A stretch of 64,000 nucleotides of DNA from PVC group bacterium (GTDB taxonomy: Bacteria; Omnitrophota; Gorgyraeia; B26-G9), in contig JAAEQR010000072.1 in NCBI GenBank assembly GCA_024231215.1, forward strand, positions 257,210 through 321,209. Direction: 5' to 3'. Shown piece after piece: positions 18,749 to 30,700 of this stretch. The position numbers and the translations under genes were made by a program. The first letter of the stretch is position 1; every line of letters begins with the position of its first letter. Below the pieces are notes generated by a model. That model was given only the letters and a program-made list of their open reading frames with translations. It made no database searches and had not been told where the DNA came from.

Positions 18749-21700
18749 ATGGTGACTCGAATATTTCATAGTATAGTCTACTGCGGGCACAAATTATTGC
18801 ACATCTGCAGCGTTGTGCTTCTTCAGCTTTCTCGTCGTACCGCAAAGGGTACGCCTCCGGAAGCTTCAGTCGCACGCCTTGCATCTGCACAACACTTTGT
18901 GTCCTCGCGACGACAATACCATGAAATACCCGAGTTGCGCGCAAATCGAAAATACAAATTGTGGTTTCGAATCGTATCCGCGATACTTGTCCAGGCCTTT
19001 TTGGTTATGGATATCGCTATGGCTTCGGGCGGAGATTTGAGCTGGTTAAAAACACCTAAAAATCTATCCCGTAGTGAAAGTAAAATTTCCCATCTTTCTC
19101 CCACCACAAAAATCGATAAAGGAGTTTTCCGAAACAGCGTTGAATTATGGAGCGCTCTTGCTATAGCAATGAATAGTCCTGATAATGAAGAGCTGCGCAA
19201 GCCTTATGGGATTAGTGTTGTTGATGCCCACAATAGAATAATGTCTATAACGATGGAGAAGGAAGTATTATTTATTTATCGTCTTGATGATGCGCCAATC
19301 GCTTTTAAATTAAACCCCGTTCTTGAAACTACAACTAATAAGATGAGATTGGGTGAATTTGAACTTGCGACAGTACCGATTGAAGAAGTAGTTGAAGTAG
19401 GCGGTGATTTACTTGGATATGAAAGAATTATTACTTCGCAGGAGTTTGCAGAACGCTTAGATGCTTTAAACAGCGCGCCAGAGTTTAATGAAGAAGAGGC
19501 TTTGGAGCTGGTCAGACAAATGATATTAGCGGCTGGGATTACCGGAGAGATTAAAACTATAGGTAGGGATCAATATGCGAAATGGAAGCCGGAGAAATGG
19601 GATGTGCAAAAAGAAGCGACCAAGCTGATGTATAAAGGTTGTGTAGTTAATATGCCGACTTCGGCTGGAAAGACGATTGTATTTAATGCTACAGGGATTT
19701 TACGTAATCTTGCTAATAGATTACAAAAAGATAAGAAACGCGAAGTAACGATTGTGCATACTGAAGAAAATTTGGTAGAAAGAGATGCTATGCAGGCAAG
19801 CAAAGTAAATCAAAAGTTTAAAATGACTACCGGATATGTAATTTCTCAGGATGGAGAACGTAAGGCGTATATTGATAAAAATGGAGAGATGGAGGAGACT
19901 ACAGAGCAAGATTTGTATAAGAATGCAGATATTGTTTATATTCATGTTTACAATTTTGTGCATAGATTTCAAGCTGATTGTTATACCGCTAAAAAGACAG
20001 AAGATATCGCTTTGCTTTGGGGCCAACAGACTTATTTTATGGCTTTTGATGAAGGTGATGTTCCTTTAAAACATCATATGTCTACGCCGAGTGTTCTTTC
20101 CGGTGGTAATGATTTGATAGAGGGAATTAGGAAGATGCGATTGCATTTTGCGAAAAAGACAATGCAGATACAGGAGATTGTTGATGAACTTATTCAGGGT
20201 GATTTGTTAGATCCTGTTACTGGTAAGGCATCTAATAATTATTGTGAAGTACATAAGGATTCAAAGACGGTTAATCTGACCCCGAACGGTAAGGATTGGC
20301 TAAGAGCTAAACTCGAAGGAGTGAAAGAATATACTGAAAATAGGAATACAGAGATGGGAGATTTTGATCTATGGTTAGACTTTACAGAGTTGGCTTTATC
20401 TGCATATCGTTGTTATAAGATGGGTGTAGATTATAAGATAAAGGCTGATGCAAATGGCAATAATCAGATTGTAATTATTGATAAAGATACTGGTATGGAG
20501 TTGCCCGGACGGCGCTGGAGTCATGGTGTGGATATTGCCGTGCGTTTAAAAGAAAACCGTCAGGGAACTGAAAAACTTGAAATCAAACCGGATCAGATGA
20601 TTATTGCTTCAATGATGTTGCCGGAAATTCTTAGCTCTCAATTGGGGCTAGTTTCCGGGATTAGTGCAGCTTCTGCTACAATTGGTGAAGATACGGCCCA
20701 GATGTATGATATCAAATGGAAAAATCTTAGTGATCGTACAGAAGAATCAAAAAGAGAAGAGCGAATTGTAGTAAGTTCTGATCAAAAAACATCAGAACAG
20801 CATGCACTGGATATGATTGAGGTTTTAAAAGCTGGTAGTAAGGTAAAAGACTATATGCAGAAATGGGGCATGCCGGATAAAGATAAAACAGGTGCTGTAA
20901 TTATACGTTGTGATTCGGAACCTGAAGGAGCGAAGTTCACAGATGAGCTTATTCAGAAGACTACTTTAGGGCAAAGGAATATACTCAGAATAAAACGAGA
21001 TGGTACAATCGTAGATGCTAATGGTGAGCAGATAAAAGGGGCGAGTTTGCAGAATTTGGATAGTTTAATTGCAAATGATAGTATAGATAATATCTTAATT
21101 GATTTCAGCTCGGGTAATCAGAATATGTTTACTGATTTGACGGGAGAGAAAAAACTGAAAGATAAAATTGCGACGCTTTCTAAAGATAAGCGGGTTATTA
21201 TTGTCTCCACAAACTTAGTTGGTCGTGGGGTGGACTTTAAAGGTGATAACATGGTGTGTATTTCTTTGAGCTGTGATATTGCCGAAGAAAGTGAAATTCA
21301 GCTTAAAGGACGAGTTGCTCGTGACGGCAGAAAGGGGTACTTTTTTGGTTTTTGGTCGATTCAGGATGAAGTTTTTGTGAAATACAAAAAACTTATTCCT
21401 GACTCCCGGATGCATTTTTCGACAAAAGTAAAAGATGGTAAAACGCATATTTTTACCCTGACTAATGATCCTAAGAAATCAGTAGAAAGTGAAAGGCATA
21501 TTGTAGGAATGAGAGATGTTATTAATGATCATATCCAGCAAATGCGTCGTGAACAGAAAAAATTCGGAGAATCTTTATGGGATCCGGGCGATGATTCTGG
21601 ACATAAAAAGGGTTTTGCCAAAGAATTTGTGGAAAATAGATATCGTGTGCTTGTTCGCGGGCTACAGGGGGTGGGGATCCCTGAATTGGATGATATCTTA

Positions 21701-24700
21701 GGAGAGCTATATTACAAATGTGCACAAATAGAAGGGGAAAAAGGTGATGTTGATCCTGTCACACTTGTTGAAATTTTGGAGAATGATTTTGGAGTAAGTG
21801 GTTTTTCTGAGGAGGAAGCGCAGAGTGTTTTAAATAATAATGATTATAATTTAGAGAGGTCTTTGCATCAAATCCTTACTGAATTATTGCAGGCGAAAAC
21901 CTTAGATGTGTTGGACCAAGAATGGAAGAGCTTTATTACACAAGCAGACTGGATTAAACATCGTTTAGAAAAAGAACCTTCCCGCAAAGAACAACGTGGA
22001 AAAGTACAAGCGCAGCAGATCTATGAAGAAATTAAAAATAAGATAGCAAAAAGTTATGCGCAAACACAAAAGACAATAAAAGAACGTTTGGCAAAAGAGG
22101 TGATTTATCAAGCTGCTGCATTTGCCGGAAAACTCCCCACAGATAAAGAGCTAGCTGATTCTAAGAATGAGAGGGAAAAGGAGCAAGAGAAAGATAAGAT
22201 TCCTTTAATGGATCGTGCTAAACTTTTTCTGGTTAAGTTTATTCCTTCGGCTGTAGTTATGTCTTTAAGTATTATGACAGCGGTTGGGATTGGCTATGTT
22301 TTTAAAATTCTGAGTGTTGAAGGTGTTAAGGGGGTAGCTGCTTTGCCTATAGCCGGAAATATATTTGCTTGGTTTTTAGGGTTAGGTCCAATTATCCTGG
22401 TTACAGTTACGATAAGCACAATATTGATAGCCTGGGCGTTGAATTCCCATATAAAACGTTTGTCCCAGGTTGATTCGACGATTGGAGAGATGGCTGAAAT
22501 AGTTACCCAGGCATCTGAGAAAAAGATAAGTGAAATTGGTATTGTTTCAGCTAAGTCGACTTTACGAAAAGTGTTAACTGTAACAGCTACATTTGCTCCA
22601 TTTGTTGCGGCCATGACGTTATTTTCTTTTATTGCTAGTGTTCCTTTTGTTGGAGTTGTAACGGTACCTATACTTGCTTCTGCGGTGTCTGGGGTTATCG
22701 GGATTGTATCTGCTTCATTACTTTTGTTTTTGTCTCGTAAAGAATTAAAGATAGCTCCTACTGTTCCTGTGGGAGCAGGAGCGCAGTTTATGCGTGGCCT
22801 AATTTCTGGAACAATAACAGTTTTAACTGTAGGGGCATTTCTCTGGGTTTCTTCCTCTGTTCTGACAAATCCTGTTGCCTGGGGTCTAATAATTACCCTG
22901 GCTAGTTCTTTTATTGCTAATAGAATATTTAGAAAAGCAACAAAAGTTCCATCTTCAAATATTTTATTGCCTTTATTGGGATTTGTAACCGGAATAAGCC
23001 TGGGGCTTGGAATTATTTTCGGTGTGGTTCCTTTGTTGGGGGCATCGGTACTTAAAACCCTTCCGGGGGCAATGGCCTCGGGAGCAATGAAAGGTCAAGG
23101 GGTTCTTCAGATTCTGGCATATATGGCGTCAATGTTATTTTCTTTTAAACTAGTTAAATTTACTTTGGCTCAATGGAAGCTATCGGAAAAAATAGCGCGT
23201 GAACCTATTGTAGCAGATGGACAGCCAGTAGTAGATGTGTCAAAACAAAAAAGATTAGCTTACTTGACACGAGCATATACACTTAATGCAAGAATGGTAA
23301 TGATGGGTCTGGGCGCGGTTGTAACATTGGCTTTGTTATTTAATACTGGCTGGCTGGCGTTTCTTGTTAATCTGGGGATTCCGATATGGATATCCCGGGT
23401 TGTTGCGGCATTTCCTGTTTTTGCTGGGGCTATATTTATTGCTTTTCTTACGCGTAATATTCTTGGGGCCAGAAAGAAAGTATTTAATTATTCTTATTTA
23501 AGCAAACGTAGAGTATGGAATTTTGTTAGCCAAAGCGTGATAAATAAAGGTAATAGCTGGAGTTTTTTAACTATCCAAGCACAATTAGAACGTGTCGGGC
23601 TTAAAACATTATCTGAACATATCACTGTCGGTATAGATGATTTTAAAGAACGGGTTGCAGATAGTAAGCATGCTTTAGGTTTAGCGCATGGTATTTTGAA
23701 TAATATGGCTCAGAATAGTGGTATTAATGAGAAAGACAAGCTTATGCAGTTATTTCTTACTGAACTGCAGAATTCTGAGCCTGGGGATGGAAGATTCTTT
23801 TCGCAGAAGGAAATAGATAGTATTATTTCTCAAATGATTGCAAGAAGTCATGACAAATTGCTAAGTAAAAAACAGCGACGAGTGTTTAGAAAAGCAATGA
23901 CAGCTGTTTTGGTGGAAATGGATTTAGCAAAAGTTGGTTTAGCAAGATTGTTACATATCGTTAAAGATCAGGAAAACATAGATAAATTTCTTGATTCTCT
24001 TCTTATGCCTACGATGGGAGTTCCAATGCTTGCCACAGCACCAATAGCTGCGGTAGTGAGTCAGAGTCAACAAGAGAGCAGTCCTTATGATAAGTGTAAA
24101 ATTGATGTAAAAGATATTTCTAAAGATGTTCAAGATTATTATGTATCATTAGCTGAAAAGGCATTTAGGGTGTCTTCAGTTTCTGCAGATGATACGACTG
24201 CTTTTGCTTTAGATTATGATTGGGCTCAACGGATGAAATCATTTCAATCGGAAATGAGAATTACTAGAGCAGAACAACAGGCAGGTGATGAGTTTGCAGG
24301 GCGTATGGAAGCAGCGCATCAGAAAATTAAAAAAGCAGATTCTGAAAAAGAACGAATTGAGGCAAGGCTGGAATTAACCAGAGTAATTCAAGAAGCTGGA
24401 TTATCTGTAATCAAGAATATTGATCTTTCCCCAGAAGAATCTAAAGTTCTAGAGCAGGTAACTCAGAAACTTGAAGTAATAACAACATTAATAAGTATCC
24501 GGGAAAATATGGCGAGGGCTACCTATGATTTTAATCAATGGAGAGAACGCGAAGCAACAGAAGATGAAATAGTTCAATATGAGAAAGAATCAACAAAAAC
24601 AATGGCTGAGTTGCAGGCAGTGTTTGTTAAAAAAGCAAAAAGCGCCAATATAGATCCAGAATCTTCGACTGATGCAATTATAGAGCAGAGAAAAAATATT

Positions 24701-27700
24701 ATTGATTCCCTAGATAAAATCTCTGCATATATCATAATGCGAAAAAATGAAATTAAGACAGCAGACGAAGAAATCTTATCTTTAAAAATGGATAACAGGG
24801 ATCTGAAATTATTAAGACAGGCAGAGGATGCTTTGGATAAAACAGAAGAAGCTAAGGCGTCTGATAGAGATCAAACCTTGTCTCCAAATAAAACTGTGGA
24901 GTCAGATAAAGCTCAGTCAGCACCACCTCCGAAAGAGGAGTCTTCACAGAGACCAGTTGATGGAATTATAGTAAAGCCGGTGCGAGAAGAAGATGAATCT
25001 TTTGCCGGAGGGGTAAGCCGGGGCTTTTTTAATCAGGGCGCTAGTCTGCGAGATATATCGGAAATACTAAAAAGTCAGGATACTTCGGCGGCGGAAACAT
25101 TCAATGCGCTTATAAATTTAGGCGAAGGCCAGAGTGCAAAAAAGGTTGTCATCGCAATGCAAGAAGAAGGTGGCTATTCGGAAGAGGTTACTTTTTCTGT
25201 AGCGGTAGATGTATTGATGGTTAATCGCGGATTTTCTATTGAAGAGACTACCATGATGCTTTCAGATCCAATTGTCTCTGGTCAAAATATGTCTCCGGAA
25301 CAGATGAGAAAATCAAAATTAATTGCTAAGCTTTTGCATGATAAAGATGCTAATAATCAAGATCAATTGCGTAAGGCATTAGATATGTTACTACTTTTAC
25401 CGGGACAGTTGAATGTAACGAAAATGCCTCGACAGTTTGATGAATTTCTAAATCTTACGCCAAGATTGGACGAGAATCATTTAAAAGATAAGATTGCTGG
25501 ATTACGCAGTAAACTTGATAATGGCCAGAAGATAACAGAAAAAGATGTTGCAGAAGCTCATGAGATAGCCCAAGCTGCTTTAAAGACGTTTGCGTTAACC
25601 CAAAAGGCCCAGGAGCGAAAACAACTTAAAAAAGCAGATAAAGTTATAAGCCCAGAGGATAAGATAAAGCAAAAGACATCTCAAGATGATTCGGCTGGAC
25701 TGAGTGAATACATAACCGAAGAACTTACAAAGAGCATATCCGGGCGAAAGATATTGAAAAAATCTGCTAAAGGTATTGAGTATTTTATCCTGGTTAGTAA
25801 AGAGCTTAGATATTTGATCTCCGCAATACGAGCATATCATAGTGATGATATTAAAAGGGCAGAAGAGAATCTCACAAATATGTTCAAGTTAGCTTTTAGT
25901 AATAAAGAGGCCCGCGATTTAGTTTTTGAAGTTCTGGATGATATTGATTATGTTACTGCAAAGGGAAAAGAAATTTACAGTGCGAGAAGTGTCAAGGGTG
26001 AAGACAAAGATGCGCTGATTAAAGAGCTGGTTGAAAAAATTACTGCCGGCAGAGAACATTTTAAAGTTTACTATGATAATCTAAAGACTATTTTACAAAT
26101 TTCTGCGCGTGAGCAGGGGAATGAAGAACAATTAAGACAACAGCTGGAGATTCCGGTCCGGGATATCTTAAAACATTATTTTGCAGAGCAAGAGACGCGG
26201 CAGTATATTCTTAAAATTTTAGATAAAGCAGATATTGTGGGTTCAAAGGAGAAAAAAGCTTTTGCGAAGATAGATAATGTTACGGATAGGAATGCGTTTA
26301 TTGACAAGACAACCGCAATGATTATTACAGACTTGGCATCTCCTGAGAAATTGAAAAAAATGAAAGAAGCTTTATCTACAGTAGATGATTTAATTATAGC
26401 CAGACAGTTGGAAAAGTTGATCAGTACTGATACTAAGAAGGCTGATGCTGTAGCTACTAGTACTCCGGCTGAAATTGCGGTTGAAACTGCTACACATATG
26501 TTACCGCCTAATCTTGCCGAAGGATATAATCAAATTGCCAAACAGCTTGGACTGAAAACTTTAGCTGTCCCGGAAGATTTTCTCGGCCTTCCTATATATA
26601 AACCAACTATACAAGCTATAGAGACTGCAGAAAAAGGTATAACTACTATAGCAAAGAAGATACAACCGGTATTACCAAAGATTGAACCGCAGGGTAAAGA
26701 AAACTGGGAAATGCAGGATCTCTTGGTAATAGATAATTTGCGTAAATTACTCCAGGGCGGGCAGGATTCGACAGGTAGTTTGATACAGACTGGCAAACTT
26801 GAAGAATCTCCGGAAGTTCAGGCAGCAAAGGCGCGATTGCGTGAAGCTATTGCACGCTATGAAGAATTAGATAAGGCTTATTCAGCTGTTAATCGTGAAT
26901 ATAACCGTTATTTTGGCATGATTCAGAGTGGAAAATATTTTATGAGTCTTAAAAAGGCAGTTATTGAACAAAACGCTGTAGCAAAACTAAAATTGCAGTT
27001 GCAAAAACTAAAAGAAGTAGATAGGAAATTCAGAGAAACAGAAAAGCAGTTTATTGAGGATTCGATTGCTGATCTGGATGAAAAAATCAAAGGACTTTCA
27101 GGCCCGGATAGTGCAATAGTTGTAAATGACAAAATGCTTCAGGAAGCATTAGCTAAGCTGGAAGAACAGATCAAGCAAACAGAGGAAGATATTAAGTCAG
27201 CCGGAATAACAATGCAGAAGTTACGTATTTCATTAGCAGATTGGGAGCAGGCAAAACAAGATATCAGGGCAGGCGAAGAGATAAATCTGGCTAAACTGTT
27301 GGGTATGGTAGAAGAATCAGACCGTACCTATGCGAGAAATAAATTACAGGCTTTGGTTGCTGATATTGCTCAGTTAGATGCGGAAAAGGGTAGATTATCA
27401 ATTGATCCTAATCGTACTTTAATTATGACCAATGGTCAGATTAACGCTAATTTGGAGGTAGTTGGACAGGCAGAGCTTGACGAACGGGTCTTAGGGCTTA
27501 TGATTGCGGATAGCACAAAACAATGGACAGTCTATCGATGGGGCAATCGCCTGAGTCTTACACAGTTTGAAGGAGCTCAGACGATTAAGCTTCAACATTT
27601 TGTTTTTGGACAAGATGCACAAAGCATATCAGAGCGGGAGAAGATGTTTAGAGATGCGTTTAGATACTGGAGCAGTCAGATAGAGTGGGCAGAATCTGAC

Positions 27701-30700
27701 ATTAAATATCTTAGACATGACCGTTTTAATGATCCTAGTTTATCAGAGGAAGAAAAGGCAATAATCTTACGGCAAGTAGAGAACTTGGAAGATAAAATGC
27801 AGTTTGCTGTGGATACAATTGAGGATTTGAAAGAAGATCAGAAATACTGGGATCCATCAAAATTAACAGTTGATAAAAGTTTTGCAGAAAAAAAACGGTT
27901 ATCTGAAAGAAAACTAGGATTTGTTCAGAAAAAGGTTGTTTTCTTTAATGATCTTATTCCTCTTTTAAAAGATATGCGTGATTTTGACTTTAATCAGGCT
28001 ACAGAAGGCAGGACTTATTGGCAGACGGAAATAGATGAGAAAACAGCAGAGCTTGGCTTGATCGAAACCGAACTTACTGCTTTACAAGATCAATTGAACG
28101 TGGATCCGAATAATACGACTTTAAGGCAACAGATTGAAATTAAGAGGCATCAGGTTTCCAATGTTTTGTTATATATTGAGTACGCTGAATTATCCAGAGT
28201 ATCCGCTGAAAGTAATTTGCGCTATATTGGTTCATTGGGCGGAACAGAAAATAAGTCAAAGGTAATAGAGCGGTTTGAAACAGTTGCTAAAGCTGGGGAG
28301 GATTATTATTCAGATACAGTTGATTTGCTAAATGAGATGCTGAGCAATCAAACACTGGTGATTGATACAGCTACGGCTTACTGGCAAAATATACGCACAG
28401 AATCAACCCAGCGTTTAGAAGAAATTAGTGGTTATTTAGATCCGAATAATACAGCAACATTAGCGCTTGATCATCCGGATAATCTTTTTAATGAAGCAGG
28501 TATTGCGGTTTCAATTGACCAAAGAATAAGTTTTCAGATAAAAGTATTGGATCCGAATAATACAGAAAAAGATGCACAAGGTAACTATATTTCCGCAGCA
28601 AAATCTAAAGAGCAGGCATTAAAAGAGCAGGCAATCTATCGCCAGAGAATTCAAGCTGAAGTGGCAAAGCCGGAAGAGGAAAGAGATGAAAACCATGAAA
28701 GTCTGTTATCTCTTTGGAAAACAGAGATCGCTAAACGAAATATATATATGCGAAACGCTGACCTGCAAGTCAAAAAAGCTAATATATATTTGGGAACACT
28801 TGCTTTATTAAAAACAGCTTATCAAGCGGAAGAAAATTCTTTAGGAGTATTAATTCCGTTGGTGCGCAAAGAACTTGATACTTTAGCAAAAAATAAAGAA
28901 TATCTTTTGGGCACTTCATCGGAAAGCCCAGAGAGCTTGGTTGACAGGAATATTAGTTTGATTAATGATGAACTGGCTTTTTATCCGATAGCCAGAGAAG
29001 CTGCGGTTAGAAAGTTAGAGTGGTTGGAAAAGACAAAGAAAGACGCTGCAATTATTTTAGGAGAGATTTCACCTGAGAACCAGATAATAGCAGATGACTT
29101 GGCAAAAGAGCACGAAGCAACGAAGCAAGAATTAGAAAAACAATTAGCTAAAATCCAGGAGGCAATACAAGAAATAAATGAAGAAATTAGCAAGGCTGAA
29201 GGCTGGCTGGGAAAACTAAATGATAAAGATCATGATGTGCTGATCCGGCTGCGAGAGACCATGGAAACTCGCTTGAATATATTAGAAGATACTATTAGGC
29301 AAAAAGGAAAATTGCTTTATCAGAGTAATCTGCTTAAAGAGTCTCAACGTCAGATCGCTAGTGAGATGGCGGAACTTCGCAAACTGGGTGTGTTGGATAT
29401 TGCCGTAGCCAATATTGGCGAAGAGCAAAAAGATTCGTTCCCCATGGTTTTGGATAAGAATTCATTAGAAAAGTTAGTACGTAATATTCTGAATGATCCT
29501 AATCGGCCGCAGGATTTGGTAAAGGCAGCTGCCGGAGATCTTTCCTTGGACAATGCAAAGGGTATTCTGCAGAAAGTTGGACTGCACCTAAAACGGTTTA
29601 GTTTTGGTGAAGATTATTATATTGTAACGCATATTGCCAGCGGGGAGTATCAGGAGATGTATCTAAGGCTGGGCAACTTTTTTGGATCTGGAGAGCATGT
29701 AAAGATAAGCCCGTTTATTTATACGGTAATGGCGGATGAACCGCGGCGTGGAGCAGAAGGTATTGGATTGGTTATGGATGTTGATCCTCAAAACATGCCG
29801 ATTCATTACGGGTTAATAGTGGATGTTTATAAGCCTAAGTATCAGGAAGTTGGTTATGATTATACTTTAACTGAAGAAAAGACCCGTTTGATGATTACCC
29901 AGGACTACACGATGCTTATGGTTCCGGAACAGGATGATAAGGGTAAGCCTACGGGTGAATATAAAGCGTTTCTCGGCGCAACTATGTTTGCGGATATGCC
30001 GATGAATATGAAATTTCAGGAAGATATATCTTCTTTTGGCGGAAGCGTACGCGGAGATTTAAAACTTACCGAGGCATTTAAACTTAGAGCGGATTTGAGC
30101 GCTATTCTTTTAAGAGATCCATATGATGAAAATTTCGAATGGCAGTTTGGAGATCTCATGTTCCCGGATAGTATCAAGAAATATAAAGCTTCTGTCCAGG
30201 GACAGGAAATGCAGCTGCTTTCTGAACGGCTGGCTTTAGAAGTAGATATGTGGAAACTGCTCAAAAAAGAAGGTAAAAAAGATGAATTTACGATGCAGTT
30301 TTTCCTGCAGCATGAAGACAATACAGAAGGTTATACTCAGACTTCTTTTGGGGCAGGACTTACCAAGGCCTTTGCTTGGAAATTAGTACAGCCAATAGAA
30401 ACTAAGGTTGTATTGGAAGGTGCGGTTGGATCTGAAACAGAAGATATTAAAATTGGTATAGACAATCGCATTGGCGGTGATGATGGCGTTGATGTTTCCT
30501 TGTCCGCTAAACTCCGGGGTGAAAATCGCAGTTATCTGGCTAAAGTATCTAAGGATGTTTTTGGTGTAAATATGGCGGTGACTTATGGAGATGAATATGG
30601 GCGGGGAGAGCCTGTTTTTGGATTTGAAGCTGGCCAAACAGTTAGTAAGGAAACCGTAATTGCAGATTCAATAGATGCAAGAGATGCGGGGAAGGATATT

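Noticed and set aside
18729-19200. Overlapping ORFs 18813..19040 (+), 18729..18944 (-) and 18823..19200 (-) at the start of the giant gene
   Set aside because: All fall in the GC-rich island where stop codons are rare in every frame. There is no RBS and the peptides are implausible (Cys/Arg-rich). They are better explained as a by-product of a GC-rich structured leader or N-terminal extension than as genes.
19430-21700. The SecA-like module might instead be a DEAD-box RNA helicase domain
   Set aside because: Motif II to motif V spacing is ~390 aa (DEAD-box ~150). Several blocks are SecA-specific (TPLIISG-like TPSVLSGG after motif II; VNLTxxG; GRRWSxG..AVxxKE; NLVERDAM vs YLAQRDAE). There are no DEAD-box Q-motif or SAT/HRIGR signatures.
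22200-23470. Possibility that the ~10-TM domain following the SecA module is a fused SecY-like channel
   Set aside because: The helix count and length (~425 aa) are suggestive, but I could not find SecY signature blocks (e.g. GIMPYI, GNGISIIIFAGI, FGGTSLLI) by eye. It is kept only as a test suggested in the main finding, not as a call.
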